Positions 44,510-58,320 of a DNA stretch of 64,000 nt are shown here, piece by piece. Location: assembly GCF_009914755.1 (NCBI RefSeq), contig NC_060934.1. The stretch is one strand, 5' to 3'. The notes under the pieces are model-generated. The model did no database searches and was not told the DNA's origin. It worked only from the letters and a program-made list of their open reading frames with translations. Origin of the DNA: the human T2T-CHM13v2.0 reference genome, Homo sapiens. Positions within the stretch are counted from its first letter, which is position 1, and each line of letters begins with the position of its first letter. The position numbers and the translations under genes were made by a program.

Positions 44510-44911
44510 TCCTAAAATAAAAATGTTAGACAAATTTAATTTAACAGAGTTTATTTGAGGTTCAGAGAGTTCCAATCTAACACTTGGGCAGTGAATATTT
44601 ACAGACAGACACAAAAGTAGTGTACAGAAAGAGCTTGATTGGTTACAGTGAGGCATTTGCATTAGAACATCGTCTGATCAATTGGTTGCTGGTGATTAGC
44701 TGAAGCTTGGCTGCTTGTGATTAGCTCTGATACAGCTGTTATGAATGTTCTATATATACACACACACAAATATGGATATAGACAGATAGATGAATATATA
44801 TACATTCCTAAGTTAATTTTTGGTTTGTTTACCTGCTGAGTTAGGTTGCAGTTTGTTAGTTATGCAGAAAATCAAGGTACAAGGAAAGTATCAGACTAAA
44901 TTTAATTTAAC
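44510..44911 (-). mobile_element. ERV1 MER4-group LTR (MER57-like)
   Basis: Reverse complement reads gttaaattaaatttagtctga...aactgcaacctaactcagc...taacttaggaatgta. Confidence 0.65.
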
Positions 44912-44948
44912 TTTTCCATTTAAATAAAAATCTTAAAAATGTAAACTA

Positions 44949-47900
44949 GGAGGAAGAGGCAGAGCAAGATGGTCAAATAGAACCCTCCAGTGATCATCCC
45001 TCCCACCCCACCCCAGGGACTCCAAATTGAACAACTATTCACACAAGAAAGCACCTTCACAGAAAAACAAAAATTGGGTGATCAATCACAGTACAGGGTT
45101 TCCCTGAGGAGAGGAGTGGGGAGAATAAAGAGAATTTTGTCTTGTAACTTGATACCACCAGCTCAGCCACAGTAGGCCAGGGCACCAGGCAGGGTACTGA
45201 TGCCTCCTTTCCAGGCTCTAGCTCTGGGATGACCTTACTAGACATATGCTGGGCCAGAAGGGAACTTGCTGCCTTGAACCAAAGAACAGAATTCTGGCAG
45301 GATTCATCAGCTGCTGACTAAAGAGCCCTTGGGCTTTGAATAAACATAAATGATAGCCAGACATTACTTGCCACAGGCCTTGAGTAAGACTTAGCACCGT
45401 GCTGACTTCAGGTGTGACCCAGCACATTCTCAGCTATGGTGGTCATGGGGAGAGACTCTGCTTAAGGAAAGGAGAAGGAAGAGTAAAAGCAACTTTTTCT
45501 TGCAGCTTGGGTACCAGCTTGACCACAGTCGTTAGGGGAGCAATCTGACTCCTGGAGTTTCTGATTCCAGACCTTGGCTCCTGGATAGCATTCTTGACTC
45601 ACATTGGGCCAGAGGGGAGCCCACTGCCCTGAAAGAAGAGACCCAGGCCTGGCAGCATGTACCACAAGCTGAATGAAGAGTCCTTAGGCCTTGAGTGAAC
45701 ATCAGAGGTAACCAGGCAGTACTCACAGTGGGCACGGGGCAGTGGTGGCCATGGGAGGAAACTTCTGCTTGAGGAAAGGAGAGGGTAGAGTGAGAAGGAC
45801 AGTGTCTTGTGGGTTGGTGATATGGTTTGGCTCTGTGTCCCCACCCAAATCTCACCCTAAATTGTAATAATCCCCATTTGTGAAGGGCAGGACCAGGTGG
45901 AGATAATTGAATCATGTGGGCAGTTTCCCCCACAGGGTTCTTGTGATAGTGAGGGAGTTCTCATGAGATCTGATGGGCTTCCCCTTTGCTTGGCACTCAT
46001 TCTCTCTCCTGCTGTCCTATGAAGAGGTGCCTGCTGCCACAACCGTAAGTTTCCTGAGGCCTCCCCAGACATGTGAAGTGGTGAGTCAATTAAACCTCTT
46101 TTCTTTATAAATTACCCAGTCTCAGGTATTTCTTCATAGCAGCATGAGAACAGACTAAAATACTTGGGTACCAGCTCAGCCAAAGTGGAATAGAGCACCA
46201 AGTAGATTACTAAGTTTCCTGACTCCAGGTCCAGGTTCCTAGATGGCATTTCTAGACCTACCCTGGGCACGGGGTACCTTACCACCTTGAAAGGTTGGAT
46301 GCAAGCCTGATTGGATTGGATTTGCCACCCCATGACCAAAAAGCCCTTGGGCCTTGTGTGAACATTGGTGATAGCCAGGGAGTGGTTGCCATGGGCCTTG
46401 GGTGAGGCCAAGTGCTGTGCCAGCTTCAGGTTGAACCGAACACATTCCCAGTGCTCGTGGCCACAGGGGTGCTTGTGTCACTCCTTCCTTAGCTGCAAGT
46501 AGCTCAGCATAGAGAGAGACAGACTGTTTTTTGAAGAGGTGGGTGGGGGAGTGGGGGATGCGGGAAAATATGGGAAGAAAACAAGAGTTTCTGATTGCTA
46601 ACCCAGGGAATTATCTCAGCTATTACTCAAGACCACCAAGTTGGTTCTTCTATGAGTCTGCAAGAGTCACCGCAGTCTTGGGCTTGGGGTTTCATCTAAT
46701 GCAGACGCACCTGCAGTGACTAAAGACTTATATCACATCACTCAATTGCCTTTGAATATGTGGAAAGCCTTTCCGAGAAGAATGAGTACAAACAAGCCCA
46801 TACTGCAAAGATTACAATAAAGACCTAACTCTTCAGTGTCTAGACATTGACAAATATCCACAAGCACCAAGGACATCTAGGAAAATGTGACCTCACCAAA
46901 CAAACTCAATAAAGCACCAGCGACCAATCCAAGAGTGACTGAGATATGTGATCTTTCAGACAGAGAATTCAAAATAGCTGTTTTGAGAAAGCACAACAAA
47001 AATTGTACTAATCTGATTAAAACACAGGCAAAAGATATGAATAGACATTTCTCAAAAGAAGACATACAAATGACAAACAGCTATATGAAAAAGGTGCCCA
47101 ACATCATTGTTTATCAGAGAAATGCAAAGCAAAACTATAATGAGACATTATCTCATCCCAGTTAAAATGGTTTTATTCAAAAGACAGGCAGTAACGAATG
47201 CTATTGAGAATGTGAGGAAAAGGGAACCCTCTTCCACTGTTGGTGAAATGTAAATTAGTACAATCATGAGGTAGAATAGTTTGGAGGTTCCTCAAAAAAC
47301 TAAAAATAGAGCTACCATATGATCCAGCAATACCACTCTTATGTAAATACTAGGTATATGCTTACTCAAAAGAAAGGAAATCAGTATATCCAAGAGGTAT
47401 CTGCACTCCCATGTTTATTGCAGCACTATTCACAATGACCAAAATTTGGAACCAACCTAAGTGTTCATCTACATATGAATGAATAAAGAAAATGCGGTGC
47501 ATATACACAATGGGGTAGTGTTCACATATTAAAAAAGAATGAGATCTTGTCATTTGCAACAACATGGATGGAACTGGAGCAAATTATGTTAAGTGAAATA
47601 AGCCAAGCACAGAAAGACAAACTTCCCATGTTCTCACTGATTTGTGGGAGCTAATAATTGAAACAATTGAACTCATGGAGATAGAGTAGCAGGGTATAAT
47701 GTTACCAGAGGCTGAGAAAGGTAGTGGAGTGGGGTAGGAGAGTGGGAATGGTTACTGGGTACAAAAATATAGTTAGATAAAATTGATATTATCTAGTATT
47801 TGATAGCACAACAGGGTGATAGAGTCAACAATAATTTATTGTACATTTAAAAATAACTAAAATAGAGTAATTGAAATGTGTGTAACAGAAAGAAACAATA

Positions 47901-48027
47901 AATGCTTGAGGCAATAGATACCCCATTTACTGTGATGTGATTATTACACATTGCATGCTTGTATCAAAATGTGTCTTGTATCCCATAAATACATACAGCT
48001 ACTATGTAGCCATCAAAAAAAAATTTT
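44949..48027 (+). mobile_element. L1MA3-like LINE-1 with 5' UTR and 3' UTR but a large internal deletion
   Basis: 5' start gaggcagagcaagatgg; repeated 5' UTR units near 45155, 45510, 46165; ORF1 start MTSPNKLNKAP; ORF2 end; L1MA3-type 3' UTR; degenerate TSD ending aaacta. Confidence 0.85.
45818..46162 (+). mobile_element. THE1 (C/D-like) solo LTR inside the L1 5' UTR
   Basis: tgatatggtttggctctgtgtccccacccaaatctca...gagaacagactaaaata; TSD gttgg/cttgg. Confidence 0.92.
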
Positions 48028-48484
48028 AAGGGCAAACTAATTTGCAGTTGCAGGAAATAGGATCAGTGATTTCCCAAGAAAGGGGATAGGGTAGAGAAGA
48101 CTAGATTAGAAAAGGGAAATATGAAATTTGGGGACTAGCTATACCTATTATATTGTTTGTGGTGGTAGTTTCACAGGGATATGCATTTGTTAAAACTCAT
48201 CACAGTATACACATTACATATCTTAAGTTCCTTATACCTTATTTTTCAATAACTTTAAAAACATGAATATAATAGAGACATGTACAATGTGTACTTTAGT
48301 CTTCCTATAATGAACTGAGACTACCTTGGTTTATCACAGTGAAAACAGGCTTATCACAGGACAGAACTTTGCATGGCCAAGACTTCTGCTCTTACTTCCA
48401 AATGATATTTTCAACAGATGCAGAATTATAGGTTGACCTTTGCATTTCTGCAGTCAGTTCAAACACATAAATACATTACTTTCT

Positions 48485-49980
48485 CATAAGAAGTCAGCTG
48501 TAAGTCTTATTTGTACTCCCTTGTACTTAATTGTTTCCTTCTTTTCTGGCTGCTTTAAAGATGTTTTATTATAATCATTATTATTGCTTTTCAGAAAGTA
48601 ATTTGTGACATGCCTTGGTGTGATTTTCTTTTTACTTATTCTTTTTGCAATTAACTGAAATTATCTGATAATATGGGATATTTTTATTAAGTATATCACT
48701 CATTCCTTCTGTGACATAATACACTTTTTCCTTAAGATACATATTGTCTTCCAAATAACCAAGGTTCTGTTTCATTTTCTTCTATGCTTTAGTTAGGATA
48801 GATTCTATTACCTTATTTTAAGATTATTGAAATTCTTCTGTAATGTTGAACTTGCTATTAAGCCTACCAATTTTTCATTTTATTTATTATACTATTCAGT
48901 TTTAGAAATTCTATTTTTTATTTTTTATTTATACATTTCTTATAATTTCCATCTTGTTATCACATTCATCTGCTTCAAGTGTGTGTATACATTTATAAAA
49001 TTAATATATATACAAATTAAATAGATACACACACATATATATGCATGCACACACACAAACACACAAATTCCTTTGCTTATTTGATCATCACTATAATTTA
49101 TTTTCTGTTTCTATTAACTAATTTTACTTCTGATTTTAGGTCAGATTTTACTGTTTCATTGCATATTTACATAATTTTCAATAGGATTTAGTACATTTTA
49201 AATGTTATGTAGTTGAATGTCTAGATTTTGTTGTGTTCTTTTAAGAAAATTGAATTTTATTTTATTAGTGGTTAGTTTATTTGTAGATTAGCATAATCCT
49301 TTTGAGAATTTTTAATTTTTATTAAGGTAAGTGTAGAACAGCCTTTATTCTATAACTATTTGGGCCTATTCTTAAGGCAAGGAATTTCATGGTTTTCTAC
49401 TGAATGTTCTAGTTGTTGAAAAAGGTCTCATCATTCTGGTTGGTCAGAACTAAAAACTCTTCTAACCCACTTCAGTCCTGTAACTGTTTAATTTACAGCT
49501 CCTTGGTCACAGGTTGTTTTCTTCATCTTTTGTTCCCATTTAGACACATGTAGTATCACCCTGCACTTGAACACATTATTATTAAGCCAAAGACTCAAGG
49601 GATATACAGCTTTCTGAAGCTTTTTGTTTAAATGGCTCCCTTTGTTCTTGTATTTTACCCCATAAATTCCACCTCCCTCCATTCTACCTCCTCCAACTTG
49701 GATTCCCATATCTTTAATTCGGCGAGTTCTTTATATTTTGCTTTATTTCCTCTTCGTTGCCTCCTTGGGGGCAGAGTTCAGTGTTTTCAGACAGAAAGCC
49801 AGAATTATTGTAGGGCTCATCATATTTCTTTTTCTTCTCTCAGAAGTATACTCTTCGGCTGTCTACTACCCAATATCTAAAAGTATGTTGGATTTGTTTT
49901 AATATATTTTTACAATTTTCTAATTGTTTATATCATAAAGCTAATCCATAAACTGTTACTCAGTTATAAACAAAATAGAA
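48485..49980 (-). mobile_element. Very old L1 (L1ME/HAL1-like) ORF1 and 5' region
   Basis: agaagtcagctgtaagtctt...ttctggctgctttaaagat...gacatgccttggtgtgattttc; T-rich antisense L1 composition. Confidence 0.55.
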
Positions 49981-50049
49981 ATTAAAACTTTAAAAACGAA
50001 TAATGATTATAACAAATTACTGGAAACCTACTCCATAGCCTAGGGGAGA

Positions 50050-50308
50050 GTATTCTGTAATGGTTCAGAGCTCACATTCTAAAGTCAGACTGCCTGGGTT
50101 CCAACCTTGCTCCTGTCTCATTGCTTATCTGCACTGAGCAGGCCACTTAAACTCTCAGTGCCCCAATTTCCTTATGCTTTTAAAGGATGATGATAAGGCT
50201 ACCTACCTCACTGAGCTACTGTAGGGGATAAATAAGTTAGTAAGTGTGAAATACATAGACTAGTCACTGACAAAATAAGTGTTACTTAAGCATAAGACAT
50301 TACTATTT
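50050..50308 (+). mobile_element. MIR SINE, near full length
   Basis: agtcagactgcctgggttccaa...cacttaaactctcagtgccccaatttcctt...tacctacctca...taagtgttacttaa. Confidence 0.85.
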
Positions 50309-50649
50309 ATCTGATGTTCAATAACTTAGCTCATTTCCTTTTCTAAGCCTAATCTAAAATCCATGTTCATTCTACATTAATTCTCGTCGTTTATCATTTT
50401 CTTCCTATTTTATTTTCTAGTGAAATAGTTTGATTCTTAGCATTACTCTGATTTTATATGGGGTCAAATTCTAATCTAAGGGATGACCAGATGAGAAATT
50501 TGTTTCTCCGGGAAGAATTGTTCCCATTTTTACTCAGCACACAATTTAAATAAATTGATTTTCTTTTCCTGAGGATAATATATATCAATAGATTCGATGC
50601 TTCATTTATACATTTTATACCTAGAAAATAATTCTCTTCAAAAGCATAC

Positions 50650-52360
50650 TGTCAGAGGATCTGTAGAGTGTCACTTTACCAGCTGAAACCTCTGTGGCCA
50701 GCGGTGCCTCTGCTTGGGTTTTGCTCAAACCCTCTGGGCTTGTTCCACCCAGTTGGCCCAGCAGGCTGTGCTTGGTTCACATTACTGGCCCAGATCCCAC
50801 AGCTGCCAAGGGTGAGCCAGTCACAGAGTGGTGAGAGATGTGTGAGTGAGTGAGTGCAGGGTCCAGCCATTGTGCACAGCCAGGTGTGCCAGCTGTGAAG
50901 GGAGGGCAGCTCCAGGTACCAGCACAGGTGCCAGCTCTGTTCAAGGCTTGTGGGTGAATGAGACATACCACAAGTGGCTTCCACTTCAGGTGCTGGGGAA
51001 CACAGTGGAGTCCAAAATCTCAGAGGCGCCAGGAACTGCAGAGACCCAGGGAGGGTGTTACAGCCCGTCACAGCCCAGGCTTCAGAAACCCTGAGGTCTG
51101 GGCTCCCAGAAGGGCCGCAGTTCTCCTCTCCTTCTTGCTGCCCACAGCACAGCAAGTGGGGAAAGGGGGGCATGTTTCAGCCTGTTTGCATTATAGTTCT
51201 TTCAGTCCTTCCACCCATTGCATGGGGCAGCCACCCAGCACCAGTGGAGAGTGGGAGAGCTATAGTGTTACAGCAGGTCTGGCTCAGGGAATCCTGAGGT
51301 CTGGGCCCCCAGAAGGGTCACCACTCTTCACTCCTGCAATCTAAGAGCATGAACCGCCCACAGCTTGGCGAGCTGTCCAGGGACATGTTACAGCTCCTTA
51401 TGCTCCTGCCGTTCAGCAGGTCCTGAGTCCTTGCCCTGCTTCCAGGAAGAATGAAGTTACACAGTACACTGGAGGATGACCAAGATGGAAAGAGCTTTAT
51501 TGAGCAACAGAACAGCTCTCAGGAGACCCAAAGTTGAGAGCTCCTTTCTGTAGGCAAGTCCTCCCAGTGAGAGTCTGAGTTTGGCTGAGTCTGAGGCTTT
51601 CATGTGCTCAGAATGGAGGAAGTGCATGCTAATTGGTCCATGGGTGGCCATGGGTAGGCTTCGAAAAAGCACCATCTGATTGGCTGGAAAGCATCAATAA
51701 AGTATTCACTCCAGGTTGCAGACTTCACCCAGAACTGGTAGCACAGCCCTCAGGCTTCAGGCACACCCTGACCTGAAGGTGGGGTTTCAGCAGGGATCCA
51801 CCTTTTCCTGCCTATGAACCTGTCTGCCTCCCATCATCAACATGCCATCCACGGCACCCAGGCTTTCCACACCAAGGGGTGCCTGCAGGCCTACAGTGAG
51901 CCCCTCAGCCTCCATCCCACAATCATTAGTGCCCAAAGTCTGGAGGGGCCAAGGTGGCAGGAGACTGGCATGTCAATGCAACCCCAAGCATGTACACACC
52001 CCGTCAGGTGGCAACAGCACTGGGGCTTGGCCACAACTTTGCTCCACACTGGGGCAGTCACTGGGAGTAGGAAGAGGCCACATAGCAGGAGCAGGCACTT
52101 CCAAGCCTGTGAGAGTTGAGTGCTTCCTGGGCCCCAAGAGCGAGGGATGCTGAGGTCCAGTGCCATGGCTGTGCAGCTGCAGATGTGCACAGGAACACGG
52201 CCTGTGGCCCTGCCAACTCAGTAGGGTGTGGGGCTCCCTCTGTGATCACCTGTTCCTGGCCCCTGCTGGGCTCCATGGAACACACAGCCCAGGCCCCACC
52301 TACCCTGCTGCAGCTGGTGTCCTCGAAGTGGCCACTCCAGAAAGGCTGCCACCACCATCA
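50650..52360 (-). mobile_element. MER52A-like ERV1 solo LTR (1711 bp)
   Basis: tgtcagaggatc...gaaacctctgtggcc...ccaccatca; TG...CA ends; perfect 4 bp TSD atac at 50646-50649 and 52361-52364. Confidence 0.9.
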
Positions 52361-53149
52361 ATACTATCCAGTCTTTCAAATGGAACCACTGGCAATGGCA
52401 TTTACCTTGACTAAGAAAATTAAGATGTTTGTATTAAATCTCATCATATTTACTTTCCTTGAATGTACTGCATACAAATTAGAATCTCTCATGTTTTGCT
52501 ACAATCCACACCCCCGAAGTACTCATATATGATTAAATTTGCTTTCTGTCCTTTACTTTTCAGATGTTTGTATAGACTGGATTTTACATGGGTGACCTCT
52601 TACAGGTCTTTTCCCTGGATATCAATTTGTTATTTCATGAAATATTTCAATAGTATGCCTGGAAATGAGACTGGACAATTTGCAACCATCTCCAGCACTG
52701 CTCTAGAGCTTTATACAATTATAGTGTAATTAAATAAGTTTAAAAATAATAAAAGTAGAATATTTAAAGATCTTAACAGCATTTTAAATAGATTTTTAAA
52801 ATATGCTATTACTTTAGAAATTAAACTGCTTTTGATAGCCAGTGAGGAGATGAGCTTTTAAAAGCTATGTTTAAAAATACATTTAAATTAAAATGTAGTT
52901 ATAAGGTATAATGCAGTGACTTATAAAGCGTCTTCTGGCTCAAAAAACCTAACAGAAGTAAATGCCTTCTGTACATTTAGTCATGGCTTATGGCATCTGT
53001 ATTATGCAGGAGGAACAGTAACAAATTTAGCAGCTCAATGAGAACACCAGAATCAGTTCAAGTTTCTCTATATTTTTGCCAAAATTTATTACAGTCACCA
53101 TGAACAAATAAGGGTTTAATTTTTTAATAAGATATTTATTTAGTATTCA

Positions 53150-53782
53150 AAAAACTATTCCGAAGGAGTTGAAATCAGTATGTCAAAAAGGTATCTGTAC
53201 TACCATGTTTATCACAGGACTAATCACAATAGCAAGGTGTGGACTCAAATTATGTGTCCATCAAGGGATGAATGAATAAAGAAAATGTGGCATATATACA
53301 GTATGGGGTACTATTCAGCCATAAAAAAGAATGAAATTCTGCCATTTGCAACAACATGGATGATCCTGGACGACTTTATGTTAAATAACATAAGCCAGGC
53401 ATAGGAAGACAAATAGTGCATGATCTCACTAAAGAAGTTGATTATATAGAAGAATGGTTGTTAGCAGAGGCTGAGGTGGTTAGGCAGGAGTGGAGGATGG
53501 GGAAATATTGCTCAAATGATACAGGATTACAGTAAGATAAAAGGAAAAAAATGCAAGAGATCTATTGTAAACATAGCAAGGTGACTATAGTTAGTGCTGA
53601 TACATTGTATCAAAAAATGTAGAAAGAGTGGATGTCACCTGTTCTTACCACAGAAATGATAACTATGCAAGATAATTCATTTGTTAATTAGCTAATTTAA
53701 CTATTTTACAGTGTACATGTACTTCAAAACATCATGTTGCACATGATAAAAACATACAATCTTATCTGTCAGTTTAAAAAAG
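53150..53782 (+). mobile_element. L1MA (5/6-like) 3' end
   Basis: tattcagccataaaaaagaatgaaattctgccatttgcaacaacatggatg...gagatctattgta...cttcaaaacatcatgttgcaca. Confidence 0.85.
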
Positions 53783-53967
53783 GCAAACAATTTGCCTTCT
53801 CTTCTAAGGGTATTTCCAAGTCATTTAAAATGGTTACATTTTTTGATGACAGCATTGAAAAGCAAATGCATTTTTTTATTGGACATGAAATTGCTGAAGT
53901 TCATTTTAATTAAAAATGCTTTCAAACAATTTTATATTCTTTATAAAATTAATGTGCTAAAGTATTA

Positions 53968-56928
53968 TGGACTTCTGGTTTCCAGTCTAGCATGTCATGA
54001 GCTTAGAAGTCAACAATCCATCCTAATAACAAATATAAAGCTGAGCAAAATGAAAAATCAACAACTCTTCTAAGATTTTTAGATCTTTCAGAGAAGTAAA
54101 AGTTCAGTGCAAACCACTGCCATCCTCCCAAATTGGAGAAACAGACAGGCAAATACTGAGTGCCACAATTTACTGAAATACAAACCCAGTAGAAGAAATC
54201 TCCATGGGTACCAGTGGTAGGTTAGGAAAACCTGAATTCTAATTGACAAATTGCTGAAAGCTTCACGTGAACAAATCTGAGTGTGAAAAACTCCGGAAGG
54301 ATCCAATCATGGTGGGAACCCCCACTTTTATTTTGCCTCCAGGAGTTTGATCTCACCCTCAAAGTGAATATCAGAGAAAAATCTCCCCATACTTCCATGG
54401 GGGTGCAGGGAGTAACCATTTTGAAATATGTCAGAACATTCTGTTCTTACTAAAAGCCCTGCCCTAGGAGAAATAATTTATGAGGCTCTAGCCTGCTGGG
54501 GTTTTTTAGAGCCTAACCTACCCAAGGGAGTGGATAGGCACCCAACTCTAACCACCCCTAGTCATCCATGTAGGGGAAGGGAAATATCCAACCGCAGTAC
54601 TCTCTAGTAATCCTGTCCCAACTAAAGATGAGAAAACAAAAACAAATAAACAAACAACAGAAAGAGGGAGTGATGAAGTCCACAGGCCAGGGGCACAGTC
54701 TCATCCAAAGTCTAAGACTAATCATGGAAATAGAATGCTTCTCCTCCCTCACACCTTGCTACTACATTGCTAAAGGCCTTAAATTTAACACACATTCTTT
54801 TACCCAGTACATCATATCTGCCTTTCAGTAAAAAATTACAAGGCAATTTAGTAGAAAAGGCAAAACACGCAGTTTGGGAATCAGAACTAAAATCAGATGT
54901 AGCAGTAATGTTAGAATTATCAGAATAAAGAACAAACAAATAACTATGATTAATATGCTAAATGGTTTAATGGAAAGTGTAGATAACATATAAGAACAGA
55001 TGAATGTTAGCAGAGAGATGGAGATTCTAAGAAATAATAAAAACATGCAAGAGATTAAAACACTGTAATAGAAATAAAGAAGTCTTCAATTAGCCCACCA
55101 GTAGATTAGACATGGCTAATGAAAAAAATCTCTGAGCTTGAGGATATAACAATAGAAACTTCCAAAACTGAAAAGCAAAGAGAAAAAGAATGAAAAAAAA
55201 AAAAAAAAAAAAAGAACAGAGTATCAAAGAACTATGGGACAAATACAAAAGTGATAATAAACAGTTTGGGGGAATATAAGAAGAAGTAAGAGAGAAAGGA
55301 ACAGAAGCAATATTTGAAACAATAACTGAAAATTTCCCTAAGTTAATGTCAATTCCAAAACACAGATCCAGCAAGCTTAGAGATTAGTAAACAGGATAAA
55401 TGCCAAAAGCTACACCTAGGCATAACATTTTCAAACTACAAAAAAAAAAAAAAAAAAAATCAAAGATAAAGAAAAAATTCTAAAAGAAACCAGAGGCAAA
55501 ACAAACAAAAAAACCTTATGTATAGAAGAGCAAAGATAAGATTGCATCCACCTTCTCTCAGAAACCATTCAAGCAAAAAGAAAGTGCAGTGTAATATTTT
55601 AAGTGTTGAGAGACACTTAAATGTTGAGAAAACAAGTATTGAAAGAAATATTCAAAAGAAAACACCAACCAAATTCTGTACTCTGTGAAATTAAACAGTG
55701 AAAGAGAAATACTTTCTCAAAGAAAAAAATGAGAAAATTTGTTGTTAATAGACCTGAAAATGTTAAAAGAAGTTATTCAGAGGAGAGGGAAGAAACTTGG
55801 ATCTACATTTTAAAAAAAGGAAGACCATGACAAGGAATAAGTGAAGGTAAAATGAAAACTTCTACTTTTTAAATTTTAAATGATATAATCATTTTCTTGT
55901 TTAAAATAATAATACCAACAATATATTTGTGTGTGTGTGTATATATATATATATACATGCACACACACATTTATATATGCTTAAGTGAAATCACAGCAAT
56001 GATACAAGGGGTGGGAGGGAAAACTGGGAATATTTTGTTATTATAAGGTACTTGCACTACCTGTAAATGCTATTATGTTATTTTAATGTGACCTAGATTA
56101 ATTGTGAATATACATTGCAAACTCTAGGACTATCACTTTATCACTAAAAATGTTTTTTAAAAGTATAATTGATAGAAAGTGGAGAAAATGGAGTCAGATA
56201 AAATACATAATTAAAACCATAACAGACAAAAAAATGTGTGGAAGACAAAAACAGGAACAAAGAATAAATACAACAAATAGAAAATAGTAACAAATATGGT
56301 AGAAATTAATCTAATGATATCAGTAATCACCTTATACCTCAATCGTCTAAATACACTAATTAGAAGACAGATTGTCAGATGGATTGAAAAACAAGATCCA
56401 ACTATCATCTACAAGAAACCCACTTGTAATATGAAGACACATTTAGATTAAAAGTAAAGAGGTAGAGAAAGATATACAACGCTAACACTAATTAAAAGAA
56501 AGCAAGAGTAACTATATTTTCTTTAGACAGTACAGACATGAGAGCAAGTAAAGTGATCAGGGATAAAGAAGATACTACATATTGATACAAAAGAGTCAAT
56601 ACTCCAATAAAACATAACAATCCTTATGTATCCAACAATAGAGCATCAAACTATATGTGAAAAGAACTGATAGAACTTCATGGAGAAATAGATGAATCCA
56701 CTATTACAGTTGGAGAATAAACATCCCTCTATCAGAAATTGACAGATCCAACAGCCAAAAAAAATCAATGAGGATATAGCTGAAGTTACCAGTACTATCA
56801 CTCAAGTGGATATAGTTGACATCTATACACTACTTCACCCAAGCACACCAGGTTACACATTTTTTTTTTTTTTTTGCACAGAGAACATTCACTAAAATGC
56901 ATCACATTTCAGTACATAAAATACACTT
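53968..56928 (+). mobile_element. Old L1 (L1MC/MD-like) 5' half: 5' UTR, ORF1, spacer, ORF2 endonuclease; 3'-truncated
   Basis: ggacttctggtttcc start; ORF1 motifs (caagaactatgggacaa, cacctaggcata); EN relic atatcagtaatcacctta...ctacaagaaacccac...acagttggaga...gacatctata. Confidence 0.8.
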
Positions 56929-57376
56929 AAGGTATTATGATCTATTTTTTAAATAAATAATTGTTTGCCATTTAAAATCTTTGAATTTTTTTTAGGACAA
57001 GCTGAAAATAATTAAAGAGTGAGAGAAAATAATGAATTTCTGAAATTCTTTCTACAGTCTCAAAACTATGTACTACAAAATTACAGACTAATAAGTAATA
57101 TAGCTGGAAAAGATAAGAATACCAAATATGAAATAATGCTATGACATTACCTATTGTAAAATTAATAGTTCATCTGTAATCATTGATAAAGAAACTGGAG
57201 AGGCAAAAACTTTAGAAGTCAATACATAATATAACTTATAACAAAGCCTCCTAAATTATTTAAATAAACATACTTAGAACGACCAAACTATCATGAATTC
57301 AAAAAATACTACTCAGAACATTATAATGCCTTCTTCCTACTTCTATATACCTAAAATTGCTAAAGTATGGTGTTCA

Positions 57377-57862
<486 letters not shown>

Positions 57863-57989
57863 TCACGTTCATACTGAGCATTGGTCCCAAAACATTAAAT
57901 AAAAAAGAATAGGTTTCAATGAATAATAAGTTTGTTTCATATGGGCACAACAGGAATAAAAAAATTCAACCTTGATATCCTATTTCAAA

Positions 57990-58320
57990 TAATACCTTGA
58001 GAGAAAAGAAATTAAGAAACCGTGGGTTCATTTCCAGATTGAAGAAACAGTAGGCTGAGTATTCCACACTGTAAGTGAAATGAGGATCCAAATCAGGGCA
58101 TACCTTGTCAAATGTTAGAATTCAAAAAGAAAACAGAAGACTGTAAGCATTTCCAGAGCTAAAACAGAAGGGAAAATACAATGGCATCAGGCATCTCAAT
58201 ATTATCATTTGTGATAGAAAAAATACCAGATCGATGTATTTGATAATATTATAAGGAAAAAAAATTTCATCCTAGAATTACATATTCAGCAAAACTCTCA
58301 AAGCAATTTTCAGATATACA
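57990..58320 (+). mobile_element. Very old L1/HAL1 ORF1 fragment
   Basis: aagcatttccagag...aatggcatcaggcatctcaa...tttcatcctagaattacatattcagcaaaact. Confidence 0.5.

Larger units (their letters stand above)
43075..48260 (+). mobile_element. Old L1 (L1MC/ME-like) ORF2 3' part and 3' UTR, in pieces about 43075-44036, 44343-44508, 44912-44948, 48028-48260
   Basis: agaaatagacccacatata...ggagcaactggaactctcat...ttccattta...aaacta|atttgcagttgcaggaaataggatcagtg is continuous across the inserts. Confidence 0.8.

Noticed and set aside
45155-46500. Three dispersed repeats of about 330 bp
   Set aside because: Internal repeat units of the old L1 5' UTR, one junction interrupted by THE1.
50668-52532. Dense overlapping ORFs up to 165 aa on both strands
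   Set aside because: Stop-poor GC-rich MER52-like LTR; no recognisable domain.
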